Shown here: positions 8,889 through 18,371 of the stretch, piece after piece | Layout of the letters: every line of letters starts with the position of its first letter | Numbering within the stretch: the first letter of the stretch is position 1 | Virus record (IMG/VR): IMGVR_UViG_3300031949_000100 | Span: 1-38,553 of that record | DNA: 38,553 bases | Strand: one strand, 5' to 3' | From: a virus | Taxonomy: Duplodnaviria; Caudoviricetes | Program-made: the position numbers and the translations under genes | The notes under the pieces: model-generated | What the model was told of the DNA's origin: nothing | What the model saw: only the letters and a program-made list of their open reading frames with translations | Databases searched by the model: none

Positions 8889-9866
8889 ATGTTAGTAAGA
8901 GATTTTTTACCGGCGTTGCGATACGGAGCAAAGATTCTTCCAGGGGAAATCTTGGGAGGCGGAGCTACTGTTTATGGCGATGTTTGGTATGTCAATCCTA
9001 CGACGGGGGATGACAATAGCACTGGAAAGACTCCCGATGAGGCTTTCGCTTCTGTAGCAGCTGCTAATTCAGCAATGACAAATAACAATCAGGATGTTGT
9101 CTTGATGAGTGCGTACGCCGCACACACACCTACTTCAATGCTTACAATCACTAAGAATCGCTCACATTTCGTGGGAACTGACCTTAGAGGTGGCATTGGA
9201 ATGGGAGCACGCACAAGATTGACAATGGGCGACAGTACAGTTGCTGCCGACATTGCTCTTATGCAAAACACAGGAGTAGGAAACACTTTTGAAGGTATCA
9301 AGTTTGATAGTTCCAGCACAGTTGCTGCGTCTGTCTATGGTATCGCCGAGGGTGGAGAATATTCAGTGTACCAACGATGTGAAATGTACAAATCAACTGA
9401 CTTAGACGAAACTGGTGCTGCTGAAATCCTAAACAATGGAGACAGCGCGCAATGGTTGGATTGTTACATTGGTTCTACTGCGAATATCGTAGCTGACGGA
9501 GCGATCCGCGCTAATATGCTTTTGACAGCAACTCTATCTGGCAAGAAATGTCGTGATAACTTTGTTGAAAACTGCGTATTCGCAACCAAAGCTGGTGGTA
9601 CTGAACATGTTGATATTTATGGCGCAAACGCCACTGATGTGGAAAGAATGTTCTATATGAAAGATTGTCTATTCTTCAACAGTATTCTGGCTGCCGCTGA
9701 CCCAGCTCACGCCGTAGGTTTCGGCGCCGCACAAACTGAAGGACAAGTAATTCTTAAAAACTGCACTTCAGTTCTGCACATAGTTATGAAAGAAGCATCA
9801 AGGAATATTTATATTGATGGAGCTGTTCCAACACATAATACTTCTGGTGTTTCTGTAACTGGATAA
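8889..9866 (+). CDS. Virion structural protein, probable beta-helix (capsid fibre or decoration)
   Basis: VWYVNPTTGDDNSTGKTPDEAFASV lead-in typical of parallel beta-helix proteins. Follows the capsid gene. Confidence 0.6.
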   Translation: MLVRDFLPALRYGAKILPGEILGGGATVYGDVWYVNPTTGDDNSTGKTPDEAFASVAAANSAMTNNNQDVVLMSAYAAHTPTSMLTITKNRSHFVGTDLRGGIGMGARTRLTMGDSTVAADIALMQNTGVGNTFEGIKFDSSSTVAASVYGIAEGGEYSVYQRCEMYKSTDLDETGAAEILNNGDSAQWLDCYIGSTANIVADGAIRANMLLTATLSGKKCRDNFVENCVFATKAGGTEHVDIYGANATDVERMFYMKDCLFFNSILAAADPAHAVGFGAAQTEGQVILKNCTSVLHIVMKEASRNIYIDGAVPTHNTSGVSVTG

Positions 9867-9884
9867 TTAATTAACTAAAATATT

Positions 9885-10613
9885 ATGGCAAAATTTACAC
9901 AAAACGCTGTTACCGTGCCTAGTAATATCAGAGGGAATTCTTCTGTTCAAGAGTGTGCTTTGGGAACAAAGATTGTCACTGCTGACGGACGAGCTTTCCG
10001 ATATGTAAAAGCCGGAGTAACTGCACTCGTACCTGGAAAATTGCAAGATGGACCAGCTATGATTGCTAATCACACAAACATTGCCGTCGCTGCCGCTGCT
10101 GCCGCTGGAGCTTTGACAATCACAGTAACTCTTGGAAATACTGCTGCTACCGCTAATCAGTATGCAGGTGGCATTGTTTCAGTGAATGACGCTGATGGTG
10201 AGGGGTATTCCTACACTATCAAGTCTCATCCTGCTGCTGACGCTTCCGCTTCATTGGTTATCACTCTCGATGACAACGAACCAATCGTAACTGCTTTGAC
10301 AACAAGTTCAGAAGTTACTTTGGTTCCAAACCAATATAATGGAGTTGTTATCCACGCTCAAACAGAGGCTGGTGCTTCAGTTGGAGTTGGAGTGACTGCT
10401 ATTACAGCTGCTTACTTTGGTTGGATTCAGACTCGTGGACCAGTATCTTGTTTGCACGATTCATCTCCTGCTGAAATTGGAGAAGGTGTTTCTGCTTCAA
10501 CGACTACTGATGGTTGCGTAACCGAATTGGCTGCCGGATTGACAGCTATCGGAACTGCAATGGTTCAAGGAGTATCGACCGAATACAATCCGATATTCTT
10601 ACAGCTTGACTAA
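9885..10613 (+). CDS. Capsid decoration/cement-like protein
   Basis: LGTKIVTADGRAFRYVKAG and YFGWIQTRG motifs. Ala/Thr/Gly rich. Confidence 0.65.
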   Translation: MAKFTQNAVTVPSNIRGNSSVQECALGTKIVTADGRAFRYVKAGVTALVPGKLQDGPAMIANHTNIAVAAAAAAGALTITVTLGNTAATANQYAGGIVSVNDADGEGYSYTIKSHPAADASASLVITLDDNEPIVTALTTSSEVTLVPNQYNGVVIHAQTEAGASVGVGVTAITAAYFGWIQTRGPVSCLHDSSPAEIGEGVSASTTTDGCVTELAAGLTAIGTAMVQGVSTEYNPIFLQLD

Positions 10614-10628
10614 TTAGGTTTATGGCTT

Positions 10629-10652
10629 GGGGCTGTGCCTTTAAACAGCCCC
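10629..10652. other. GC-rich hairpin between the structural gene and the tRNA
   Basis: GGGGCTGT/ACAGCCCC 8-bp perfect stem with no U tail. Confidence 0.6.
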
Positions 10653-10661
10653 GTCGGGGAA

Positions 10662-10732
10662 GCCCGATTAGCTCAATAGCAGAGCAATTGTTTTGTAAAC
10701 AAAAGACAAGCGTTCGATTCGTTTATTGGGCT
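10662..10732 (+). tRNA. tRNA-Thr(UGU), atypical
   Basis: Acceptor GCCCGAT/ATTGGGC, D stem GCTC/GAGC, anticodon loop TT-TGT-AA, T arm AAGCG-TTCGATT-CGTTT. CCA not encoded. Confidence 0.8.
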
Positions 10733-10737
10733 CAACT

Positions 10738-10794
10738 AAATAGCGGCGATAATTAAGCGGCTCGCCACCGCGTAATCAGGGTCAGAATTACCCT
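10738..10794 (+). promoter_or_regulatory. Structured leader motif, copy B
   Basis: GGCGA/TCGCC and GCGG/CCGC interleaved, then an AGGGT/ACCCT hairpin with loop ending AGAATT. Confidence 0.55.
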
Positions 10795-10803
10795 ATTAAA
10801 AAT

Positions 10804-11184
10804 ATGGAATTTAAAAAAATAGCGATTCGCTTCACAAACTGGACGGATCAAGACTTCTCACATAAGTGGGACAATGTAGAGTATAATTTCAAAGCCGGTC
10901 AATCAGAAATGTTGCAAGATTATCTTGCCCATCATTTCGCGAAACATCTTGCTCAAAGAGAAATTAACAGAAAAAACCTTTTGATGAGCGATTTAAGGTA
11001 TCAGGAATATTACGATAAGTGCCTTGCGGAAACGACATCAGCAGAAAGCTCATTAAAACTTGAAATGGAAATAGAGAAATTGAATAAAGCAGAAGTTGTC
11101 GCGCCAATTATTACCGCACCAGAAGCACCAAAGAAAAAACCCGGACGACCAAAAAAAGCAGAAGATAATTTTGAAGGAAAATAA
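10804..11184 (+). CDS. Hypothetical protein of the virion module
   Basis: Clean ORF with C-terminal KKKPGRPKK. Confidence 0.75.
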   Translation: MEFKKIAIRFTNWTDQDFSHKWDNVEYNFKAGQSEMLQDYLAHHFAKHLAQREINRKNLLMSDLRYQEYYDKCLAETTSAESSLKLEMEIEKLNKAEVVAPIITAPEAPKKKPGRPKKAEDNFEGK

Positions 11185-11681
11185 TGAAACTATTGGATTC
11201 AAAAACTGCCCAGCAAAAAAAACAATCCCGCTCGGATGTTGATTTGTATAAGACTTTAAAAATAAGACAGTCGCTTGAAAAAGAAGTTCTTAAATTGAGG
11301 GAGTTTGAAGATTCAATACCTTTGGCGAAAAAACAAGCAATCAAAGAATTCTCGGCTTTTATGGCGGAAATGCAAAAGAAGAAAGCCGAGATATTGGGAG
11401 AGATTAAAGACTTGGAAGAACAAAGAGAAAGAATCCTTGAACCTTTAATTGAAGATAAGTTGGAAATGATGGAATTAAGCGGAACAAGCGCCAAAAAGAG
11501 GATAATCAACGAAAAAATAGACAAACTGGAAAAGATAGAGGCGGAATTCAACGCTAGAAGCCTAAAACTCGCCCAGGACGAACGAAAACTTAATAAGGAC
11601 AGAATAGACCTTGAAAAAAGAGAAAACGCCTTAGAAGTCAAAATTAAGGCTTTCAATAATTTTTTAATAAAAAATAAATGA
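11184..11681 (+). CDS. Hypothetical coiled-coil protein
   Basis: E/K/L-rich heptads. Overlapping start and stop with neighbours. Confidence 0.75.
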   Translation: MKLLDSKTAQQKKQSRSDVDLYKTLKIRQSLEKEVLKLREFEDSIPLAKKQAIKEFSAFMAEMQKKKAEILGEIKDLEEQRERILEPLIEDKLEMMELSGTSAKKRIINEKIDKLEKIEAEFNARSLKLAQDERKLNKDRIDLEKRENALEVKIKAFNNFLIKNK

Positions 11682-11965
11682 CATACATACCAAACATCTC
11701 AAACGCAGTAGCAATAGAGGAAACTTATGACGCCACAATTTCATCATCTACATCGATAACTCTTAATACAGCGACATCTCGCATTGAGGTTTCTGCTGTG
11801 GATAAGGGAATTTTCCTAAAGTGGGGAGCAACTGCTTCAAGTTCTGATTTTGATGAATTTATTCCTGCCGGCACATCCAAGACTTTCGGAATTCCAGCCG
11901 GACAGACAACAGTCCAATTTATTGAAGAAGCCGCCACAGCTCACTTAGTAGTTATTGAAAAATAA
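11678..11965 (+). CDS. Small beta-rich structural protein
   Basis: IFLKWGATASSSDFD, similar to the next ORF. Confidence 0.7.
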   Translation: MTYIPNISNAVAIEETYDATISSSTSITLNTATSRIEVSAVDKGIFLKWGATASSSDFDEFIPAGTSKTFGIPAGQTTVQFIEEAATAHLVVIEK

Positions 11966-11976
11966 ACAATAAATGT

Positions 11977-12285
11977 ATGTGCGCGAATATTATAACACCA
12001 GCCAACAAAGCGGAAACAGGTTCAGTCGTTATCACTTCTAACGGCACACTCTTTGATTCCAATCCTTCCCGAAGATATTGGTTTATTCAGAATGTCGGCA
12101 CGGTTCCGATATTTGTTAAATTCGGCGCGGGAGCTTCCGCGACAAGTTTCAACGCGATCATCCATGGAGGAACTTCCGATTCAGACGGCACAGGTGGCAC
12201 GGCTTCATCGGATAATCCCATAAGCTATACAGGAGATATTTCAGTGTATAGCACTAATCTAAAAGTAGTAGCTTACGAATTATGA
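11977..12285 (+). CDS. Small beta-rich structural protein
   Basis: RRYWFIQNVGTVPIFVKFGAGASATSF motif. Confidence 0.7.
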   Translation: MCANIITPANKAETGSVVITSNGTLFDSNPSRRYWFIQNVGTVPIFVKFGAGASATSFNAIIHGGTSDSDGTGGTASSDNPISYTGDISVYSTNLKVVAYEL

Positions 12286-12764
12286 TTATAACCAATGTTT
12301 CACAACCGATTAACTTGCCGGAAGACTTGAAACGAGAGATTGAAAAAGTCCGTGTTCAGCTGATTATCAATCAAAATGAGGTCAATATTCTGAAAAAAAC
12401 AAGAATTTCCGAGCAAGGAGTGGTAGAACATCTCGTCAGGGACAGGCAGTTTTTAACCGAGAAAACGGAAGAACTGGAAAAATCAGTCAAAGAGAAATCC
12501 GATTATATCGGGCAGATTGACAAAGTGATTGAAAGCAAAAAAGACGCAGTGGAACAGATACAAAAAGAACTGGAAGAATCCACTGTCAAAATCAAAGCAA
12601 ACGAAAAAAGAAAGATTGAAATCGACGGGTATATTGAGAAACGAGAAAAAGAAATCGCGCTGAAACTGGCTGAATTATCAGAAAGAGAAATAGAAGTTTT
12701 AAATAAAGAAAAAGAAGCGGATAAAAAATTAGAAGATATTAAACAATTTTTAGCAAAAGTATGA
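12282..12764 (+). CDS. Hypothetical coiled-coil protein
   Basis: E/K-rich heptads and ATGA overlaps. Confidence 0.75.
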   Translation: MIITNVSQPINLPEDLKREIEKVRVQLIINQNEVNILKKTRISEQGVVEHLVRDRQFLTEKTEELEKSVKEKSDYIGQIDKVIESKKDAVEQIQKELEESTVKIKANEKRKIEIDGYIEKREKEIALKLAELSEREIEVLNKEKEADKKLEDIKQFLAKV

Positions 12765-12958
12765 CATTTTGGTCAAAACCATCAGGAGTGGACACTGGCT
12801 GGACAAGGCCTGCTGATTTAACAGTAACTTCAGAAACAGATATTTTATTGTGCGAAGACGGAAGTGAGCTATTGCAAGAAACAGAAAACACTATTTTAAT
12901 TGAATTTTGGTCAGGATTTAGAAAAATAGTTAGTGTTATAAATACTATTTGGCAATAA
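12761..12958 (+). CDS. Small virion protein
   Basis: ILLCEDGSELLQE motif, commonly found just before fibre genes. Confidence 0.6.
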   Translation: MTFWSKPSGVDTGWTRPADLTVTSETDILLCEDGSELLQETENTILIEFWSGFRKIVSVINTIWQ

Positions 12959-12960
12959 TT

Positions 12961-13899
12961 ATGGGAATAAAAATATCTAATTTACCCGAACTTACATCAG
13001 TATCAAGCACTAATATTATTCCTATTGTATCGGAAGGCGTAACGCAGAAAATAAAACAAGATAATCTAATCCCTGACGCTACCGATTTAGTGAAAGGAAA
13101 AGCAATAACAGTAGAAGCGACAATCACCGCCGCCGCCGAAGCCACCACACCAGTGGACGCAGACCTTTTCTCTGTAATCGTTTCCAGTGTTCTCAAAAAA
13201 CTCACTTGGGCGAATTTAAAGGCGACGCTCAAAACTTATTTTGATACGCTTTATGCTCCAATATCTTCAACTTCTGACGGATGGAGTGCTGTTAGTTCTT
13301 GGACTTATGCTTCCGCAAATACCATAACAGTTGCGAGTGGTGCCGCTGCAATTTACAGAGTAGGAGATAAAATCAAATGGACTCAAACCACTGTTAAATA
13401 TGGAGTGATAATCGCAGTAGCGGACACTCTTTTAACTATCGCTATAAATACTGATTATGTAGTAGCCAACGCCGCAATAACTTTGCCTTATTATTCTCAT
13501 CAAGAAACTCCAATTGGCTTTCCTTCTTCATTCGCTTACACACCAACCGGTCCGACAAATACAACTTTAACAGGCAGATTTTCGGTGAGAGGAAGAACTG
13601 CTTTGTGTAGAATAAAAGGAGTTTTAACTGGAGCACCAAGTTTTGCTTCTATGCCGACACTGCCTTTTGCCGCAAGTGCCAATATGGAATCAGCAGATTA
13701 TATTCCTGCTGGTGTAGGAGGTTATCTCGATTCAGGCACGGCTAACGGAATGAATGGAATTATCCCTTCAGTCGGTTCAAGCGGAACAACTTGCTTACTT
13801 AAATCAGTCGCAGGAGCAGGAGGGACAATATCAGCAACTGTGCCAATCACTTGGGCAACTAACGATGTGTGGTTTGTTCAATTTGAATACGAAATCTAA
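12961..13899 (+). CDS. Tail fibre / receptor-binding protein
   Basis: IKISNLPELTS N-terminus, KKLTWANLKATLKTYFDTLY, Thr/Gly/Ala-rich beta C-terminus. Confidence 0.7.
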   Translation: MGIKISNLPELTSVSSTNIIPIVSEGVTQKIKQDNLIPDATDLVKGKAITVEATITAAAEATTPVDADLFSVIVSSVLKKLTWANLKATLKTYFDTLYAPISSTSDGWSAVSSWTYASANTITVASGAAAIYRVGDKIKWTQTTVKYGVIIAVADTLLTIAINTDYVVANAAITLPYYSHQETPIGFPSSFAYTPTGPTNTTLTGRFSVRGRTALCRIKGVLTGAPSFASMPTLPFAASANMESADYIPAGVGGYLDSGTANGMNGIIPSVGSSGTTCLLKSVAGAGGTISATVPITWATNDVWFVQFEYEI

Positions 13900-13965
13900 T
13901 CTCAATAATCATATTCCTCCCAATCTCACTAGCGTGGGGGAAATAAAAAATTAAAGACAACAAAA

Positions 13966-14871
13966 ATGCAAACTTTTACTTCAAGAAGAAATCTATACGG
14001 AAAACTCTCAAACGATTCAAGTTCGGCTAATTTAAGCGTGGGCGATACTTTAATGAACGCCTTTGAAAAGAAAATAAGTAAAAAATTCAACTTTCTTGAA
14101 GCGTCTTTGTATGCTTCCACTGTCGCCTCACAACAGTTTTATGAACTGCCTAAAAACTTCGGTAAATTAAAGACTATTACCGTAACTATCGGCTCAACTA
14201 AATATCAACCAATCCTCATAACTTCCCGAGAGCAATGGGATAATCTCAACGCCACGACTTCGATAACTTCAAATATTCCAGAATATTGTTTTATCTTTGA
14301 CAAACAAATCGGTTTTTATCCCAAACCATCTTCGGCGACAACTAACGCTATTTATCTACAATATCACAAGAATCTCAAAGACCTTTCAATCGCGGATTAT
14401 ACGACTGGAATGATTGTTAGTATCGCTAATGGTGGCACGGCAGTTGTAGGAAGCGGAACGACTTGGACTGTCAAAATGGCTGGAATGTTTATACAATTTA
14501 CAGATTCTACTACCGCGAATACAGGCGACGGTGAATGGTATGAAATTGAATCAGTTGAATCAGCCACCACCTTAACCTTGAAAGTTCCATATCAAGGACT
14601 GTCAATCTCGGCAGGTTCAGGAGCTTATACTATCGGTCAGGTTTCACTTCTACCCGAGGATATCCAAATTCTACCAGTCTTTCAGGCACTCGTTGCATAC
14701 TTCGCAAGTATAAAACCCGATACTGCTAAATTATCAGTTTATAAGGGACTAGCGAAAGAAATGGAAGATTCTATGATGGAAAATTATGGTTCAAGTTTAA
14801 TCAGTCCAGTGTGTTCAACAGAAGATTTTGAGTTAAAAAATCCAAATAATTATCTTCAGCCTACAAGTTAA
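13966..14871 (+). CDS. Head-tail adaptor-like protein
   Basis: TVASQQFYELPKNF and IGFYPKPSS pattern of podoviral adaptors, with an inserted VVGSGTTWT fibre-like domain. Confidence 0.6.
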   Translation: MQTFTSRRNLYGKLSNDSSSANLSVGDTLMNAFEKKISKKFNFLEASLYASTVASQQFYELPKNFGKLKTITVTIGSTKYQPILITSREQWDNLNATTSITSNIPEYCFIFDKQIGFYPKPSSATTNAIYLQYHKNLKDLSIADYTTGMIVSIANGGTAVVGSGTTWTVKMAGMFIQFTDSTTANTGDGEWYEIESVESATTLTLKVPYQGLSISAGSGAYTIGQVSLLPEDIQILPVFQALVAYFASIKPDTAKLSVYKGLAKEMEDSMMENYGSSLISPVCSTEDFELKNPNNYLQPTS

Positions 14872-16436
14872 TGCAAAAAAAAATAACGATAAATTCAATT
14901 TTAGGAGGTCAATCTGTTACTGAATATTTCAGCGCGGATGATTCTTATCTTGCTTCAATAGCAATAGACCCAGATATGCCAGTTGGCTCATCCGTCAAAG
15001 CGTCAGGTTGCCTTGTTCCGGTAGTTTACGAGGAATTTAGCGGTGCTAACATCACAGGTTATCCCAAATGGCTCATTACCAATATCAAAGACGCTTTGGT
15101 TTATGCCTATATGTCAGACGGCAAAGTGGTCAGTTATAATAGTTCTTTGGCAAGTGAAACACTTTTGACCACTCCGACCAGCGGAGCGGGCAATGGGGCG
15201 GATTATTACAAAAATTATCTATATTTTGCCACTCCGACAGATGTCGCCAGATATGGACCATTAAACGGAAGTCCGTCTTTGACTCAAACAGTATGGACAG
15301 GAGCGACACTAGGAAGCCAAGTAGCCCTCGCTAACACGACTTATCCAACTATTGGAGGCGTTTCTATCCCTAATCATCCTATGCACTCCCACGCGGACGG
15401 AGCGTTGTATTTCGCTGATGTTATAAACGGAGCCGGAGTTTTGCATAAAATTAAAACCACTAAAGTAACGGTGGAGGGAGACACTAATGATACTTCGGTT
15501 TATAACGCACTAGACCTTCCGCAAGGATGGTTTATTACCGATATTGATTCATGGGGACTAGATGTGGCTATTCTGGCGATTCAGACTTCTTCGTCTTCTA
15601 TTGACCAAGGGAAATCAGCTTTATTTTTGTGGGATCCGACAAATACCCTTACTTTCTATAGAGGACCGATATACCTTCCCGACCCACTGGCTACCTCGCT
15701 TGCAAACGCTAACGGTAGGCTCTATATCTGGTCAGGGAACGCCGTAGCAGGGGTAAGGCTGTCAGAGTATATCGGAGGGGATTCAGTGTCGGAAATCGCA
15801 TTTTTAGAGGACGGACTACCACCACTCGCTGGTTGTTGTGATGTGAATGGTTCTCGTATAGTCTGGGGACAAACTGTGAGTATCCCCGAAACGGCCGTAT
15901 CGGTGATGAGTTATGGTTCAAAAAATTCAAGACTTCCCAAGTCAATTCACAATATCGCTCGCGCAACTTCGGCGTCAGGACTTTGCACGGCTTTGAAATA
16001 TGTTCAGCAAGGGAGCAGTGTCCAAAAATTGGTCATCGGAAGTGGCACAGGTTCGGCTTACGCGCTTGACAAATTTTCTACGACATCCGCCTATGATTCT
16101 ATTTGGCGGTCAAAAATGTTTACAGTCGGTTCAAGATTCACGATAGATAGGATTAGAATACCTTTAGGAGTGGCACTGGCGGCGAATATGTCATTAGTGG
16201 TAAAACTGGTTTACGACGACGGAAGTGCAACAAAAATACTCACCACGATCAACACGACAAATTTCACCGCAGGAACGAGAAAGATAATTTTTGACCAACA
16301 ATCAATTCTCGACAACTCAATCACTCCGCAGAATAATTTTTTCATAGAATTAAGTTGGGGAGGGTCAGTAAAACTGCCGATAATTTTTCCTCTGGAGATA
16401 ATAATTGACATCCAATCGGATGAATCAAACGACTAA
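14871..16436 (+). CDS. Tail nozzle / head stabilisation protein (beta-propeller-like)
   Basis: 521 aa beta-rich protein following the adaptor in podoviral gene order. Confidence 0.6.
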   Translation: MQKKITINSILGGQSVTEYFSADDSYLASIAIDPDMPVGSSVKASGCLVPVVYEEFSGANITGYPKWLITNIKDALVYAYMSDGKVVSYNSSLASETLLTTPTSGAGNGADYYKNYLYFATPTDVARYGPLNGSPSLTQTVWTGATLGSQVALANTTYPTIGGVSIPNHPMHSHADGALYFADVINGAGVLHKIKTTKVTVEGDTNDTSVYNALDLPQGWFITDIDSWGLDVAILAIQTSSSSIDQGKSALFLWDPTNTLTFYRGPIYLPDPLATSLANANGRLYIWSGNAVAGVRLSEYIGGDSVSEIAFLEDGLPPLAGCCDVNGSRIVWGQTVSIPETAVSVMSYGSKNSRLPKSIHNIARATSASGLCTALKYVQQGSSVQKLVIGSGTGSAYALDKFSTTSAYDSIWRSKMFTVGSRFTIDRIRIPLGVALAANMSLVVKLVYDDGSATKILTTINTTNFTAGTRKIIFDQQSILDNSITPQNNFFIELSWGGSVKLPIIFPLEIIIDIQSDESND

Positions 16437-16894
16437 TGGACGAACTTAAACAGCCTACAATTTCAACACCGACTACAAGTATGACTGAAGAACAAATCAG
16501 GAATTTAATCGTGGAAACAATGCTGAATTACAGCGGACTGATGCGGATAAAATCAGGTAATTTACAGAGCGGAAATTTTATTTCAGGGTCAACGGGTTGG
16601 GGATTAAATGCCAGTGGTGTCGCTGAATTTTTACAAGGCATATTTAGGGGAGCATTATCGGCAGCAACAATAGATATAGGCGGAGCTGACGCAACTTCTT
16701 GGCATGTGGATATAAATGGTAACATGTGGTGGGGAAATTATACTACATATGCAAGTGCTTTAATAAAAATATCAAATACTGGATTAATAAATTTAGGAAC
16801 AAAAGTTTCAATAGACGGACCAAATGAAAGATATATAGTTAATGACGGAACAAATGACAGAGTTTTAATTGGCAAGGCCACAGGATTATTTTAA
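16436..16894 (+). CDS. Tail-associated protein
   Basis: LQSGNFISGSTGW and VNDGTNDRVLIGK motifs typical of tail tip proteins. Confidence 0.65.
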   Translation: MDELKQPTISTPTTSMTEEQIRNLIVETMLNYSGLMRIKSGNLQSGNFISGSTGWGLNASGVAEFLQGIFRGALSAATIDIGGADATSWHVDINGNMWWGNYTTYASALIKISNTGLINLGTKVSIDGPNERYIVNDGTNDRVLIGKATGLF

Positions 16895-16898
16895 TTAT

Positions 16899-17663
16899 AT
16901 GGGAGATTATGGAGCAGCAGTTTCACAAAAAGGATATGATGTAAAAACCTGCGCGGATAGATTTCTCGTATATAGTTCGGCGTTTCAGACCTTGAAAATA
17001 TTTAATACATATTCTGTTTCTACTACAATTCCAGCATCAGGAGATAATACCATAACAATAAATCATAATTTAGGATATTTAGCTCCATTTATTGTTTTAT
17101 ATAATGGAAGTTCTAGTATAGGAACCTCAAATACATATTTTTTTTGCGATAGTTATTTTAGTTCATTCACTCAAGATTATTGGAATAATTGCCGACAATA
17201 TACAGATAAATTAGAAATAGATGTTAGTAGTTTTTTTGATGACGGCACTACCGGAGCTACAGTTTATTTTACAGTATATATATTTTTAGATGATTTTAGA
17301 ACTGTAGCAGAACAAAACATAAATACCAGTACTACAAGTGGAGCGAGTTCAAATGATTATGGAATAAGGATAAGCAAGTCTGGATATGATGTAAAAACCT
17401 GCGCGGATATAGATTGTGTTTTATCTAGTTCATTTTTTAATCAGATAATTAATAAGAAGGGAATTTTAACATCTACTGCCGATGATTTATATTCAATTTC
17501 TCATAATTTAAGTTATTTTCCATCAGTATTAGTATATTATAGGTCTAGTGGAAATAGCTATATGAATTATGATACGTCCATTATTCAAAACAATAGTATT
17601 CAGAGATTTTTATATAATGGAGATAAGTTATATTATATAATTTTTAAACAAAAAAATGGCTGA
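16899..17663 (+). CDS. Tail-associated protein with two internal repeats
   Basis: DYG..(V/I)S..GYDVKTCAD occurs twice. Start inferred at ATG 16899. Confidence 0.7.
   Translation: MGDYGAAVSQKGYDVKTCADRFLVYSSAFQTLKIFNTYSVSTTIPASGDNTITINHNLGYLAPFIVLYNGSSSIGTSNTYFFCDSYFSSFTQDYWNNCRQYTDKLEIDVSSFFDDGTTGATVYFTVYIFLDDFRTVAEQNINTSTTSGASSNDYGIRISKSGYDVKTCADIDCVLSSSFFNQIINKKGILTSTADDLYSISHNLSYFPSVLVYYRSSGNSYMNYDTSIIQNNSIQRFLYNGDKLYYIIFKQKNG
16932..17409 (+). repeat. 28-bp exact direct repeat (16932-16959 and 17382-17409)
   Basis: GGATATGATGTAAAAACCTGCGCGGATA twice, 450 bp apart. Confidence 0.9.
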
Positions 17664-18039
17664 TTATGGATTTAGAATATCTAAAACTGGAGATGTTAAA
17701 ACATGTGATGATTTAGATACTTCAGTTAATTCAAAATATTCGTTATTAAAAGGAAAACTATCTGGTAGTGGAAATATTACTGTTGGAGGTGACGATATTC
17801 AAACTGTAACTGTCGCTCATTCTTTGGGGTATATTCCTTTTGCGCAGGTTTATATAAAATTAAATAGTGAAGGATTTTGGAGAGAATCGCCACTATATTT
17901 TGCAGGTATGGGCGTTGGTACATTCGCAAATCATTATTGCAATACAGGTAACTTATATATTAGATTTGAACAATATGGAAGTTCATCGGAAACGTTTTAT
18001 TATCAATATTTTATTTATTTAGATAAAGGAGATTTATGA
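17656..18039 (+). CDS. Tail-associated protein, single copy of the same domain
   Basis: ADYGFRISKTGDVKTCDD and VAHSLGYIP. Confidence 0.7.
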   Translation: MADYGFRISKTGDVKTCDDLDTSVNSKYSLLKGKLSGSGNITVGGDDIQTVTVAHSLGYIPFAQVYIKLNSEGFWRESPLYFAGMGVGTFANHYCNTGNLYIRFEQYGSSSETFYYQYFIYLDKGDL

Positions 18040-18086
18040 TTAAAATACCACTAACAAAAGGAAAATTTGCTAGAATAAATTTTTAA
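18036..18086 (+). pseudogene. Relic N-terminus of an HNH/AP2-type homing endonuclease
   Basis: 16-codon ORF MIKIPLTKGKFARINF resembles the IPLTxGKxA start of that family. ATGA overlap with the previous gene. Confidence 0.5.
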
Positions 18087-18095
18087 TATAATTAT

Positions 18096-18371
18096 ATGGC
18101 TATATTTTTTTACAACAAACAAAACGGACAAATTTTCGCCACAATAGATGGTCGTGTTCACGATGAAAAACAACTGGAATGTTATGTGGATAACGGGATA
18201 GGCAAAGAAAATATCGGAAAGTATATAATCGGGTGGATAGAAAATAAAACTGGCAAAATAGAATACAATATGGATAAATTTGAATTATTGCAGAGATTTG
18301 AGGATATTACACCTGAAAGTCCTCTTGATTATAAAATAGATATTGAAAATAATAACTTAATTAAAACCTAA
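18096..18371 (+). CDS. Hypothetical protein, possible fibre assembly factor
   Basis: Clean ORF at the end of the fibre block. Confidence 0.65.
   Translation: MAIFFYNKQNGQIFATIDGRVHDEKQLECYVDNGIGKENIGKYIIGWIENKTGKIEYNMDKFELLQRFEDITPESPLDYKIDIENNNLIKT

Noticed and set aside
10662-10732. tRNA as an attP integration site
   Set aside because: No integrase is recognisable and no duplicated tRNA 3' end is present.
10733-10800. Theta (HDV-like) ribozyme after the tRNA
   Set aside because: No G-initiated P1 at the tRNA 3' end, and I could not build the nested P1/P1.1/P2/P3 fold.
16932-17409. Diversity-generating retroelement TR/VR pair
   Set aside because: No reverse transcriptase in the genome and no adenine-specific mismatch pattern. 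The repeat is a short in-gene domain duplication.
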